A stretch of 64,000 nucleotides of DNA, taken from assembly GCA_963676915.2 (NCBI GenBank), contig CAXXVK010000001.1, forward strand, positions 1 through 64,000, in the 5' to 3' direction. This stretch comes from Myxococcota bacterium. GTDB taxonomy: Bacteria > Myxococcota_A > SURF-8 > G963663525. Of this stretch, positions 1 to 9,403 are shown piece by piece. The notes below the pieces were generated by a model. The model was given only the letters and a program-made list of their open reading frames with translations, was not told the DNA's origin and searched no databases. Position numbers and translations under genes: made by a program. Each line of letters starts with the position of its first letter. The stretch's first letter is position 1.

Positions 1-98
1 GTCCGTTTCGACACGAAACGGCGCTTTTTGTCGGGAAATGTCCCGAGGTTTCGATGCGATTCTATTCAATTTCTTTTCCCGCGTCCACTTCCGAGGGA

Positions 99-701
99 TC
101 ATTTCTGCAAAATGGCCAGTGCTTCGCGAATCGCCTGCTCGAAAGAAACGTCCTGGGGCAATTCTTTCCCCAGTCGCACGCAGACGGCTTCAACGTCTTT
201 CTTTTTGTACCCCAGGTTCATCAACGCGCTGGACACTTCGTCCGCGACGGCGAATCCCGAAGAGACGGAACCAGGTCCGGGGGCTGCAACTCCGTACTTT
301 TTCGCCACTTTTTCCGACAATTCCAGCACGATCCGTTCGGCGGTCTTTTTTCCAACGCCGGAAACGGTCTGCAAGCGTTTGGCTTCTCCCGAGGCGATGG
401 CGTCGATCAACTGTTTCGGTGGCATTCCCGAACAGATATTGAGTGCCAGCCGAGGACCGATACCTTGCACGGAAACCAGCAGCAAAAACAGTTCTCGCTC
501 TTTTTTCGTAGAGAATCCGTAGAGTTGCAAGGCGTCTTCCCGAACGTGGGTATGCGTCCAGAGGTCCACCGTCCGACCGGGATCGCCCAGTTCGAACAAT
601 GTATTGAGCGAAACATGGCAACGATATCGTACGCCACCCACATCGATCACCACGGCGTCGCTTTCTTTCTCGAAAAGAATCCCTTTCAGTCCGGCTATCA
701 T
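99..701 (-). CDS. ruvA: Holliday junction branch migration protein RuvA
   Basis: MIAGLKG start, HVREDALQLYGF, V(Q)GIGPRLAL and GVGKKTAERIVLEL HhH motifs, C-terminal SALMNLGY; lies downstream of ruvC with a 4-bp overlap. Confidence 0.97.
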   Translation of the reverse strand: MIAGLKGILFEKESDAVVIDVGGVRYRCHVSLNTLFELGDPGRTVDLWTHTHVREDALQLYGFSTKKERELFLLLVSVQGIGPRLALNICSGMPPKQLIDAIASGEAKRLQTVSGVGKKTAERIVLELSEKVAKKYGVAAPGPGSVSSGFAVADEVSSALMNLGYKKKDVEAVCVRLGKELPQDVSFEQAIREALAILQK

Positions 702-1189
702 CGTGACCCCATTTTCATCGGTACATTCGCTCCGTGACCGTGGCAGATGGCGACGGCCAAGGCATCGGCGGCGTTTTCCTCGGGTACTTCCGGCAGGTTC
801 AGCAGGATTTTCACCATGTGCTGCACCTGCTCTTTTTCGGCCCGTCCGTAACCGACCACCGCCTGCTTGATTTTCGTCGGCGAGTATTCATTCACTTCCA
901 GTCCGGCCCGCGCCAGCGTGACGATGGCCGCGCCTCGCGCCTGTCCGAGAACCAGGGCGCTTTTTGCATATTTATGAACGAACGTCTCTTCCACGGCGGC
1001 GACATCGGGACGGAATTCGTGCAGGCGTTCTTCCAGCGCTTCGGCGATATACACCAGCCGCTGTGCCAGCTCCCGTTTGGCTCCAGGCACGATGACGCCG
1101 TTGTCCAGATGCGTCAGCGTACTGCCTTCGATCTCTACGACGCCGTACCCGCAAAACCGGCTCCCAGGATCGATGCCGATGATTTTCAT
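698..1189 (-). CDS. ruvC: Crossover junction endodeoxyribonuclease RuvC
   Basis: IIGIDPGS..GYGVV, AVEETF, LGQARG, IKQAVVGYGRAEKEQV, DALAVAICH; conserved yebC-ruvC-ruvA order. Confidence 0.97.
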   Translation of the reverse strand: MKIIGIDPGSRFCGYGVVEIEGSTLTHLDNGVIVPGAKRELAQRLVYIAEALEERLHEFRPDVAAVEETFVHKYAKSALVLGQARGAAIVTLARAGLEVNEYSPTKIKQAVVGYGRAEKEQVQHMVKILLNLPEVPEENAADALAVAICHGHGANVPMKMGSR

Positions 1190-1225
1190 CGTGCCCTTTC
1201 GTTCTCAAGAAGGGTTCGGGTTACA

Positions 1226-1253
1226 AGAAAAGCGGGTCGAAACCCGCTTTTCT
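1226..1253 (-). terminator. Hairpin between yebC and ruvC, probable intrinsic terminator or attenuator
   Basis: AGAAAAGCGGGT-CGAA-ACCCGCTTTTCT perfect stem with A/T tails on both sides. Confidence 0.55.
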
Positions 1254-1279
1254 CCGTGTTTCCAATCGTTTTGAATCGA

Positions 1280-2035
1280 TCAATTCCCGGCAGCGCGCTC
1301 CAATTCCTCGTCGGAGATATCGGAGTTGGAGTACACCTCGACCACATCTTCGTTGTCTTCGAGCATATCCAACAGGCGCAGGAGTTGTTCGACCCTTTTC
1401 CCCTCCACTTTGTTCATGGTCTGGGGAACCATATCGAGTTTGGCTTCCTTGGCCTCGATTCCGGCTTTATCGAACACTTCCTTGACAACGTAAAGCTTGG
1501 AATACTCCGTGTACAGCAGCAGTTCGTCGTCCGATTCCTGAATATCTTCGAAGCCATCCGCTTCCAGACCGACTTCCATCAGCTTGTCCTCATCAAGCTC
1601 GTCGGACTTGTCGAAAACCAACAGACCTTTTTTGTCGAACATCCAGGCTACACAGCCGTTTTCACCCAGGTTTCCACCGTTCTTTGCGAGAATGTGCCGT
1701 ACCTCGGCGGTGGTTCGGTTGCGGTTGTCGGTGGCGACCGCGACGATCAATGCCGTTCCTCCGGGAGCATAGCCCTCGTAGGTGTATTCGTCGATGGTCG
1801 AACCATCCAACTCACCCGAGCCTTTTTTGATGGCGCGTTCGATGTTGTCGTTGGGCATCGAATTGGCCTTGGCAGTGGCCACGGCGGTACGCAGACGCGG
1901 GTTGCCGTTGAGGTCGCTACCGCCACGGGCTGCGATGGTGATCTCCTTGATCAGTTTGGTGAACAGCTTGCCGCGTTTGGCATCGGTTGCCGCTTTTTTA
2001 TGTTTGATACTGTGCCATTTGCTGTGACCGGACAT
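1280..2035 (-). CDS. yebC: YebC/PmpR (TACO1) family protein
   Basis: MSGHSKWHSIKHKK, NPRLR, YEGY, TDNRNRT, LEDNEDVVEVYSN. Confidence 0.97.
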   Translation of the reverse strand: MSGHSKWHSIKHKKAATDAKRGKLFTKLIKEITIAARGGSDLNGNPRLRTAVATAKANSMPNDNIERAIKKGSGELDGSTIDEYTYEGYAPGGTALIVAVATDNRNRTTAEVRHILAKNGGNLGENGCVAWMFDKKGLLVFDKSDELDEDKLMEVGLEADGFEDIQESDDELLLYTEYSKLYVVKEVFDKAGIEAKEAKLDMVPQTMNKVEGKRVEQLLRLLDMLEDNEDVVEVYSNSDISDEELERAAGN

Positions 2036-2169
2036 GGCCTTCTCCTTGGAATGACTTTTTTAGATACCATTCATGATTCCTTTTGCATTAAAATCTATTA
2101 TCATGAACCATGACAACGTACAAGTGATTTGCATTTCTTTGTAAAAATCCAAACGAAAGGGTTTTGACG

Positions 2170-2838
2170 ATGCTGCGACGACTCGGAACGATTTCGGTCC
2201 TGTTTCTTTTTCTGACCTTGCCTGTTTTCAGTCATGCCGAGGAAGCCTGCAAGTTTTCCAACCCGAACCCCACCTTCAAACGGCTGACACCTGCCCAGGA
2301 AAAACAGAAGGTTATCAAGAACTTGGGAAATCCTCCCGTCTTCAACGAAAAAGAAAAGAAAAAACTGGAGAAGGGAAAAGTCGTGTTGCGGGAAATCGGT
2401 CGTAGCGGGGATGCGAAACGCATGGAAGCCTACGGATTGATCGAAGCGCCTCCCGCGAAAATCATGGCTTTTCTAAAAAATTTCGACGCACAGGTCGGTA
2501 AAATGCCGCACCTCAAAAAAGCCCGCGCCACCTGGGACGGCGGTCTGGCCCACGCGGAATTCTGGATCAAGGTCGCCTGGAAGGAAATTTACTACAAACT
2601 CAACGTGTATCACTTCGGGGATCAGTTGATCGAGTGGGAGTTCGTCTGCGGCGGATTCAAAACCACCAGCGGCTATTGGAAATTCCACCCCATGGACGGC
2701 GGCAAGAAAACCTTGGTCGTCTACCATGTTTTCACGGACCCCGGATTGCCGCTGCCGGGTTTCATCGTAAAGATGCTGACCAATTCCTCCATGCCCGACG
2801 TGGTGCTTGCCGTGAAAGAAGCGGTGGAAAAACCGTAG
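2170..2838 (+). CDS. Exported SRPBCC/START-like (polyketide cyclase fold) protein
   Basis: Signal peptide; IEAPPAKI, GGFKTTSGYWKF and YHVFTDPGLPLPGFIV are typical of the START/SRPBCC fold. Start taken at ATG 2170 (ORF track 2164). Confidence 0.7.
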   Translation: MLRRLGTISVLFLFLTLPVFSHAEEACKFSNPNPTFKRLTPAQEKQKVIKNLGNPPVFNEKEKKKLEKGKVVLREIGRSGDAKRMEAYGLIEAPPAKIMAFLKNFDAQVGKMPHLKKARATWDGGLAHAEFWIKVAWKEIYYKLNVYHFGDQLIEWEFVCGGFKTTSGYWKFHPMDGGKKTLVVYHVFTDPGLPLPGFIVKMLTNSSMPDVVLAVKEAVEKP

Positions 2839-2878
2839 GTTGCTAAGTTTCATGCCTTTTGAAGAAATCGTTTTTAAC

Positions 2879-2907
2879 GATGGAGCAGGATTGTATCCTG
2901 CTCCATC
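2879..2907. repeat. Palindromic REP-like repeat family B (GGAGCAGGATTGTATCCTGCTCC)
   Basis: Other copies at ~40641-40667 (reverse), 53124-53361 (interrupted), ~46753-46774 and ~53071-53097 (variants). Confidence 0.75.
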
Positions 2908-2946
2908 CCCTTTATCTCACATCACGTTTTCACGACAAAGCCAAGG

Positions 2947-4590
2947 TCAGTTTTCGACACCAAACCGTTTCAATTTGTTGTACAGCGTCGTTTTGCTGAT
3001 TTTCAGTGCTTTGGCCGTTAACGTTTTGTTGCCGTCGTAGAAATCCAGAGCATCGCGCAAAATTTCCTCTTCGAGTTCTTCGAACGACTCCCCGGCGTAG
3101 CGGGACGGGAAACTGTCGCTGATTTTCAACTCGCCTCCATCCCATCGGTTGAAATCCGGTTGGGCGGTGAATACGAGGTCGCTTTCGTCGATGAATCCCT
3201 GCTGAATGACGTTTTCCTTCAGGCCGACGGTCGCCACCAGCACGTTGCGCAATTCGCGAATATTCCCCGGCCAGGGATAGGACATCAGAGCGTCGAGCGC
3301 ATCCGGCGTGATGTCCATCGACGCACCGATCAATTGCAGAAAATAACAGACCAGCGCGGGAATGTCGTCCCGGCGATGCCGTAGCGCCGGAACCACAACC
3401 GGCAACACGTTGAGGCGATAGAATAGATCCTCGCGGAACGCACCGTCGCGGACCCTCATCGCCAGATTTCGGTTGGTGGCGACCACCACCCGCGCTTCGG
3501 GAATTTCCTCCGTGTCGGCACCGACCGGCTTGTAGCCGTAGCCGTCCAGCACGCGTAAAAGCTTGACCTGCGCCTCTTCCGGCAACTCCCCGATTTCATC
3601 CAGGAAAAGCGTTCCTTTTCCGGCTGTTTTGAACGCGCCGTCCCGGGCTTTGGACGCCCCTGTAAACGCGCCTTTGATGTGGCCGAACAGTTCGCTTTCG
3701 ATCAACTCCCGGCTGATGGCGCCGCAATTGAGCACCACGAACGGTTCATCGCTGCGAGAAGAATGGCAGTGCAGCATTCGGGCGGCCAGTTCCTTCCCTG
3801 TGCCGGTTTCGCCCTGAATCAGTACGGTTTCGTCCAACTCGGCCAAGCGTTTAAGCTGCCGCCGCAGGGCAATGACGCTCGGATGAAAGCCGATCATGCC
3901 GTCGTCTTTTTCGATGTGGATTTCGTCGGTGGCGTCGCCTTCGACCGTGAAAATCACCCGTCCGCAGGAAAACGCCGCCCCGTCGCCCATCAGGCATTCC
4001 AAAAGGCGGATCGGACCGGTCCAGACGCCGTTGGTCGAACGCAGATCGTTGACCAGCAACCCACCGGGAAAAGGATCGATCCGGCAGTGTTTTTGAGAAA
4101 TAAACTCATCGTCCAGCACGATGTCGCAGCCTTCGTCGGCCCCGACGGTCAACGAGTGCTCGACCGTTCGCGTGCCGCAGTTTTTCTCATCGTCACTGTT
4201 CCAGGTGATTTTCCAGCTTGGAATACCTTGTTCCTTGCGCGCTTCGATGGCGGCACGAGTATCGATCCGGGTGAATTTATCCGGCAATTCCAGCGCGTCT
4301 TCCTCGCTCTGCTCGATGCCGAGTTCCACTTCGCCGAGCTTCAACCGGTCCCCGTGGTTCAACTCCGCTTCGGTTTGGGTTTCGCCGTTTAAGGAAAATC
4401 CATCCCCCGAAAGATCCACCGCCCGGATGCACCGGCCATCGTTGGATAGCTCGATGTGTTTACGAGCGATGTTGGATCGCCGCAAGACGATATCGTTATA
4501 GGCACCGCTGCCGATTCGCAGCTTTCCATGGTCGATCGGTAGCCGCAGGGCGGCTTGGGTATCGGCCAGCCAGGCAATCCACCACGCCAT
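2947..4590 (-). CDS. Sigma-54-dependent enhancer-binding protein with two N-terminal FHA domains
   Basis: FHA motifs (IGS..NDI..IARKH; VGA..CDI..ISQKH..DLRSTNG), Walker [40 protein letters not shown], Fis HTH. Confidence 0.93.
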   Translation of the reverse strand: MAWWIAWLADTQAALRLPIDHGKLRIGSGAYNDIVLRRSNIARKHIELSNDGRCIRAVDLSGDGFSLNGETQTEAELNHGDRLKLGEVELGIEQSEEDALELPDKFTRIDTRAAIEARKEQGIPSWKITWNSDDEKNCGTRTVEHSLTVGADEGCDIVLDDEFISQKHCRIDPFPGGLLVNDLRSTNGVWTGPIRLLECLMGDGAAFSCGRVIFTVEGDATDEIHIEKDDGMIGFHPSVIALRRQLKRLAELDETVLIQGETGTGKELAARMLHCHSSRSDEPFVVLNCGAISRELIESELFGHIKGAFTGASKARDGAFKTAGKGTLFLDEIGELPEEAQVKLLRVLDGYGYKPVGADTEEIPEARVVVATNRNLAMRVRDGAFREDLFYRLNVLPVVVPALRHRRDDIPALVCYFLQLIGASMDITPDALDALMSYPWPGNIRELRNVLVATVGLKENVIQQGFIDESDLVFTAQPDFNRWDGGELKISDSFPSRYAGESFEELEEEILRDALDFYDGNKTLTAKALKISKTTLYNKLKRFGVEN

Positions 4591-4818
4591 CGTTCCTCCT
4601 CGAACCGGTATCGTTCATCCTTTGGAATAGGCCCGATAACAGAGCCTTTCTTCTATCATCCCCGAAAACGGTTTCGCGGTAAAGCGGAAAATCGCAATCC
4701 TTCCGGTTTTCCACCGAAACAGACGAAAACGGCATGTTTTTTTCGATTGTCGCCGCTTTCGTCCTCTTGTAATGTAAACTGGAAACTGCTTGCGGCGGTT
4801 TTTGGTTGAAACAGGGGC

Positions 4819-4910
4819 GGGTGCCACGGTCTTCGATTCGAAGAATCGATGGCCGTGCAAGTTCTTGGAATCTCACGGCCATTCCCCTTCGGGCAAAGAC
4901 CGTGGCACCC
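4819..4910. repeat. Inverted GGTG-footed REP-like doublet (multi-hairpin)
   Basis: GGGTGCCACGGTCTT...AAGACCGTGGCACCC 15-bp perfect arms enclosing three further hairpins. Confidence 0.65.
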
Positions 4911-5006
4911 ATGCATGAAAACAGGTTTCTTGCTTAACTCAACTGCATTGGGACAGTGCCCTGAAACAACAAGTTGAATTTCCGATGGTTGCAGAGGATC
5001 TAAGGT

Positions 5007-6758
5007 ATGAAAATTTCCCGGCCACGCGCCAAAACAATATTCTTGCCATTTTTTCTTTTGAGCTGGATTGCCGTTGGGTGCGTGACCGCTCCGGCCCCGG
5101 TGTCGGCCGAGAACCGTCCCGATGATCCCCGACTTCAGGTTCTGGATACGTTGCAGACCGAACTCCAACGCAGCCGGACCCAACTCAAGCTGGAAGACTA
5201 CCAGCCGCCCTACTTCATTTCGTACCACATGCAGGTGGTAAAAAAGATCCAAATCCAGGCAAGATACGGGGCATTGTACCAATCCCAAGCGAGAGAGGAA
5301 ACGACCTTGCTGCCTGAAGTAAGGGTAGGAGATTACCGTTTCGACAACGTGGCCGATTCCGGCCTGCCGTTCGAAGTCGATTCACCCGACCAGACCTATT
5401 TTTCCGAGTCCGGTCCGATCGATTTTTCTCCCCAGGCGCTGCGGACCTCGTTGTGGCTGCTATCCGACCAATATTACAAGCAGGCGGTGTTCGCTTTTCA
5501 GAAGCGCCGAGGCGACCGGGTGTATAAAGTCAACGATCCGAAAAAGGACGCCATCCCCAGCTTTTCCAAAGAAAAACCAAGTATCTACGTTCACGAACCC
5601 ATTCGCCATGACTTCGACCGAAAACGCTGGGAAGAAACGGCAACTCGGCTCTCCCAACGGATTCATCGACATGAAAATTTCCTGGAGTCCGGTGTTCACG
5701 TGCATTACGGATCGGTCACGACCTATTACGTCAACACCGAAGGCACGAAAATCATTGACGAAAACGAGTATTACTCGTTGGTAGCCACCGCAAGCGTCCG
5801 CGCGAAAGACGGCGTGATGTTGGACAACAACCTCTCCATTCACGTCAGAAAACAAAGCCAGTTCCCTCCTTTCGAAGAACTGGCACAAAAAATCGACGGC
5901 ATGTGCAACGATCTTGCCGCCATTGCAAAAACGGACACGCTCGATCCCTACACCGGCCCGGCGATATTAGAAGCTCAGGCGGCGGGTGTGCTTTTTCACG
6001 AGGTTATCGGGCACCGGTTGGAAGGCGAACGCCAAAGCTCCCAGGAAGAAGGCCGAACCTTCCAGGGACGATTGGGACAGAAAATCCTCCCCGAATTCCT
6101 CAGTGTCGAAGACGATCCGACCCTCGTTGCCTGGACCGACGGCACCCCCTTGAACGGCGCGTACCGTTACGACTCGGAAGGCGTTCCGGCCAGAAGGGTC
6201 GAGCTGGTCACCGACGGAATTTTGAAAAACTTCCTGATGTCCCGCACGCCGATCGAGAATTTTTCTCTCTCCAACGGTCATGGACGTAGCGATGGCCATA
6301 ACCGCCCCCGCGCCAGGATGGGCAACACCATCGTTCGTTCGTCGAATACCGTGACGAAAAGCCGCCTGAAAGCGATGCTGATCGAGGAAATCAAAAAAAG
6401 AGGCAAACCCTACGGGCTGCGCATGCAGGATATGTCGGGCGGCGACACCAACACCTCGACCTATGGCTATCAGGCGTTTCGCGGCGTACCGAGACAAGTC
6501 TATAAGGTGTTTCCCGATGGTCGTGAAGAGTTGGTGCGCGGTGTAGAAATGGTAGGCACACCGTTGTCCTCCATTGGGAAAATCCTTGCCACAGGCGACG
6601 ATTACGAGGTGTTCAACGGGTATTGCGGCGCGGAATCCGGGTATGTGCCGGTATCGGTGGTCGCGCCGTCGATGCTGATCGGTGAAATCGAATTGCAACG
6701 TAAATCCGAGCGCAAAGCGAAATCTCCGATTCTGCCGCCTCCTTCTTTGGAGAAATGA
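5007..6758 (+). CDS. TldD/PmbA family metallopeptidase with possible lipoprotein signal
   Basis: FHEVIGHRLEG metal motif, DDPT, YDSEG, SNGHGR, RMGNT, GYCGAESG, VAPSMLI; hydrophobic N-terminus ending IAVGC. Confidence 0.9.
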   Translation: MKISRPRAKTIFLPFFLLSWIAVGCVTAPAPVSAENRPDDPRLQVLDTLQTELQRSRTQLKLEDYQPPYFISYHMQVVKKIQIQARYGALYQSQAREETTLLPEVRVGDYRFDNVADSGLPFEVDSPDQTYFSESGPIDFSPQALRTSLWLLSDQYYKQAVFAFQKRRGDRVYKVNDPKKDAIPSFSKEKPSIYVHEPIRHDFDRKRWEETATRLSQRIHRHENFLESGVHVHYGSVTTYYVNTEGTKIIDENEYYSLVATASVRAKDGVMLDNNLSIHVRKQSQFPPFEELAQKIDGMCNDLAAIAKTDTLDPYTGPAILEAQAAGVLFHEVIGHRLEGERQSSQEEGRTFQGRLGQKILPEFLSVEDDPTLVAWTDGTPLNGAYRYDSEGVPARRVELVTDGILKNFLMSRTPIENFSLSNGHGRSDGHNRPRARMGNTIVRSSNTVTKSRLKAMLIEEIKKRGKPYGLRMQDMSGGDTNTSTYGYQAFRGVPRQVYKVFPDGREELVRGVEMVGTPLSSIGKILATGDDYEVFNGYCGAESGYVPVSVVAPSMLIGEIELQRKSERKAKSPILPPPSLEK

Positions 6759-6761
6759 CCC

Positions 6762-7415
6762 ATGTCGAAATCAGCCTGGATCATCACCCTTGGGCTTGTT
6801 GCGCTCGCCCCGTTCGCGAGTGCGAAACCGCAGGAAGAGCCCCTCGTCAACCTGCTCGATCTCGCTCCCGACATCGTGGTGGATATGCGCTACGCCACCG
6901 AAAATAATTTTCTGGGAAAAAAGCTGTACGACACTCCCGTCTGTCTGCTGAGAAAAAGCGTGGCCCAAAGCGCGGTGAAAGCCCACCTGGATCTCAAAAA
7001 ACAGGGGTTCCGTCTGCGGGTTTATGATTGCTACAGGCCGCTTTCGGTGCAAAAAGCGATGTGGAAAGTCAAACCGGTACCGGGACTGGTGGCCAATCCG
7101 AAAACCGGATCGAACCACAACCGGGGTGCGGCCATCGATGTGGGGTTGTCGTATCCCGACGGAAAAGAAGTGAAAATGCCCAGCGATTTCGACAGCTTCA
7201 CGAAAAACGCCTGGGCAGCCTACCAGGGCGGTCCGGCGAAATGGATCGAACACCGGACAATTTTACAAAAGGCCATGAAAAAACAGGGATTTTCCACCAT
7301 CCGAAAAGAATGGTGGCATTTCAATGCGCCCCGACCCAAGCGTTTCTCGATCCTCGATATTTCTCTTTCCGATGCGGCGGTAAAATCCCGTTTCGAAGGC
7401 AAGAAACAACCATGA
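6762..7415 (+). CDS. ddpX: D-alanyl-D-alanine dipeptidase (VanX/DdpX, peptidase M15D)
   Basis: DMRYATENNF, VYDCYRP, GSNHNRGAAID, MPSDFD, EWWHF; signal peptide. Confidence 0.92.
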   Translation: MSKSAWIITLGLVALAPFASAKPQEEPLVNLLDLAPDIVVDMRYATENNFLGKKLYDTPVCLLRKSVAQSAVKAHLDLKKQGFRLRVYDCYRPLSVQKAMWKVKPVPGLVANPKTGSNHNRGAAIDVGLSYPDGKEVKMPSDFDSFTKNAWAAYQGGPAKWIEHRTILQKAMKKQGFSTIRKEWWHFNAPRPKRFSILDISLSDAAVKSRFEGKKQP

Positions 7416-8209
7416 TTCTCCAGGTAGTGGCAGATATCCACGGAGCGCACGACCTCCTGAAGCGGCGCATCGACCCGGACCTTCCTTTGCTCGTACTCGG
7501 CGACAGCCTCAATCTGCTGGATTTTCGCACTTTCGACGGCGTGTTGCTCAAAGTGCTGGGAAAGCGGAAACTGGTGAGTATTTTACTGACCTTCGGCACG
7601 CGAGGAAAAAAAGCCGCCATCGAGCGCGCCGACCGGCTGTTTTTTCACGACGAAAACGCCGTGCTTCGTACCCGTGAAATCGTACAGGAAGAATATGCGA
7701 AGCTGGCCGACATCCTGCCCGAACGTTCCTATGTGATTCACGGCAACGTGGATTATCCCGACCTTTTGCAACAAGCTATCGGCGAAAAACGAACCATTAC
7801 GGGAGGAAACCGGGAAATCGGCGGTCGTCGCATAGGATTCATCGCTGGAACGCCACGCTACCACAACGCCATGGTGTTGCCCGGAGAATTACCGAAAGAA
7901 CAGTACTACGAGCACCTCGCCGCCGTCGAACCTTGCGAGGTGCTGTTAAGCCATTTTACACCACGCATCGAAGACGTGATGTTCGATACCGTCGTACGCA
8001 AACCCTGGGGAGGAAGCCGCCGACTGGTGCGTTTTTGCGAGGACCACCGGGTAGCGCTTCATCTGTTCGGCCACGTCCATAACCCGAAAAGTCGTATCGT
8101 GGAGCAAGGACCGACCCGCTTCGTGAATGTGGGTGGGTTTCGCTACAACGGCCTTATAGGATTGCTGGATACCGAAACGCTGCATTTCCATTTCAAAGAG
8201 GGTCGCTGA
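7412..8209 (+). CDS. Metallophosphoesterase (calcineurin-like)
   Basis: ADIHG, LGD, HGNVD, LLSH, FGHVH motifs; ATG 7412 overlaps the ddpX stop (ATGA). Confidence 0.88.
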   Translation: MILQVVADIHGAHDLLKRRIDPDLPLLVLGDSLNLLDFRTFDGVLLKVLGKRKLVSILLTFGTRGKKAAIERADRLFFHDENAVLRTREIVQEEYAKLADILPERSYVIHGNVDYPDLLQQAIGEKRTITGGNREIGGRRIGFIAGTPRYHNAMVLPGELPKEQYYEHLAAVEPCEVLLSHFTPRIEDVMFDTVVRKPWGGSRRLVRFCEDHRVALHLFGHVHNPKSRIVEQGPTRFVNVGGFRYNGLIGLLDTETLHFHFKEGR

Positions 8210-8232
8210 TTTGACACGGGTTGGGATTGGAC

Positions 8233-8281
8233 TAGAAGCCATCCTAAAAATACACTCCTGTCGTCTTTCGGATGACTTCTA
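8233..8281. mobile_element. Internally deleted copy of MITE family 2
   Basis: TAGAAGCCATCCTAAAAATACACTCCTGTCG is the reverse complement of the right end of 49780-49924, joined directly to GGATGACTTCTA (the other end). Confidence 0.7.
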
Positions 8282-8417
8282 GTGAAACCGCTACAGGTGC
8301 GATTCAAATTCCACCCGATCAATGATGCCTTTCGGGCTGTCGGATGAGCACCGAAAGCGAAATTGACTTGCTCTCGGTCGTTTCGGCTGCTACGTTCTGC
8401 CGGTATCCTTTTTCCTG

Positions 8418-9302
8418 ATGCGGAGTTTTGTCATGCCGAGCCATGTTTCTTTTCTCGTACGTCGTATGTTGCCGCTTTTGCTTGCTCTTTGTGCCGTGGC
8501 GGCCATTGCGTTGTCCTGTGCCGATCACTCGGACTGCGGTCTGCTGGACTGCTCGAGCATTTCCTCTTCAAGCAGCGGTGGAGACACGGAATCGTTGGAA
8601 GAGGAATGGGCCGAGTTCGACCGCATCGAGCACACGTTGACGGACGACTTCGAAGCGACGGTTTCTGCCGAAACGGGCGGAATTCTTCCGGTTCTCGGCT
8701 GCACGCTGACCATTCCGGCCGGTGCTCTCGAAGAAGACACAACCATTGGTGTAAGTGTGTACGAAACCGCCGTGGAGGGAGAACGAAGCACCATTTACCG
8801 GTTTACACCCTCCGGCCTGGAATTTCTGTCCGAGGTGTCGGTTGCCATCGAATACGACTCCGATGGTCTGAACGACCCGGCCTTTTACTGGACTTTAGCC
8901 GACGATCTGAATGGTTTCGAGGCGATCGAAGCCGAATTCAACGATGGCAAGGCCGTAGCCAAAGTAGACCATTTTTCCATGGGTTACGTGGGGGCGCAGA
9001 CGTCGGCGGACGGGGATCTCGATGACGAGGCCAACACTGAAACCAACGAAACCGCCGAGATTGAAAGCGACGTGGACGAGTCGGGCGAAACCGAGGAAAT
9101 GTCCGAAATCGTAGAAGAAATCGAAGAAGATCTTTCCGAAGAAGAAAACGAATCCTCCGAAACGGTGGAATTGGTGGATGACGAAGTCACCGAAAACCCG
9201 GAACTGGTAGACGATGACACCACCGATGCCGTTGAGCTGTCAGATGAAGAAGCCACCGAATCCGAAGTTGAAGCCGAGGAAACGGAACCGGAACAGGACT
9301 AG
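8418..9302 (+). CDS. Lipoprotein with ZU5-like domain and acidic tail
   Basis: Lipobox IALSC; GG..LTIPAGAL..FTPSGLEF..VDHFS ZU5-like pattern; Glu/Asp-rich C-terminus. Start uncertain. Confidence 0.7.
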   Translation: MRSFVMPSHVSFLVRRMLPLLLALCAVAAIALSCADHSDCGLLDCSSISSSSSGGDTESLEEEWAEFDRIEHTLTDDFEATVSAETGGILPVLGCTLTIPAGALEEDTTIGVSVYETAVEGERSTIYRFTPSGLEFLSEVSVAIEYDSDGLNDPAFYWTLADDLNGFEAIEAEFNDGKAVAKVDHFSMGYVGAQTSADGDLDDEANTETNETAEIESDVDESGETEEMSEIVEEIEEDLSEEENESSETVELVDDEVTENPELVDDDTTDAVELSDEEATESEVEAEETEPEQD

Positions 9303-9314
9303 AATTCAATCATT

Positions 9315-9380
9315 GTCGGGTGAAAATCACCCGACCTACTAAAGACAAAAAAGGTCGGGCTAAATCGTAGCCCGACCTTT
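9315..9380. repeat. Two family-A (GTAG) REP hairpins between convergent genes; the second may act as a bidirectional terminator
   Basis: GTCGGGTGA-AAA-TCACCCGAC-CTAC and AAAGGTCGGGCTA-AATCG-TAGCCCGACCTTT. Confidence 0.75.
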
Positions 9381-9403
9381 GTATTTTATACCCTTCAAAC
9401 CTA

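Noticed and set aside
734-2113. Long ORFs antisense to real genes (also 13768-15084, 29521-30831, 50942-52756, 53674-56541, 58085-59569)
   Set aside because: These are shadow frames of GC-rich genes whose opposite strand carries clear family motifs.
4819-4910. tRNA, because of the cloverleaf shape
   Set aside because: The closing stem is 15 bp, there is no properly placed T-loop or D-loop consensus, and no 7-nt anticodon loop.
7028-7411. N-terminal extensions given by the ORF track (also 11950, 19056, 33944, 34672, 46768, 60552)
   Set aside because: They overlap upstream genes or intergenic DNA; downstream starts have ribosome-binding sites or stop-start coupling.
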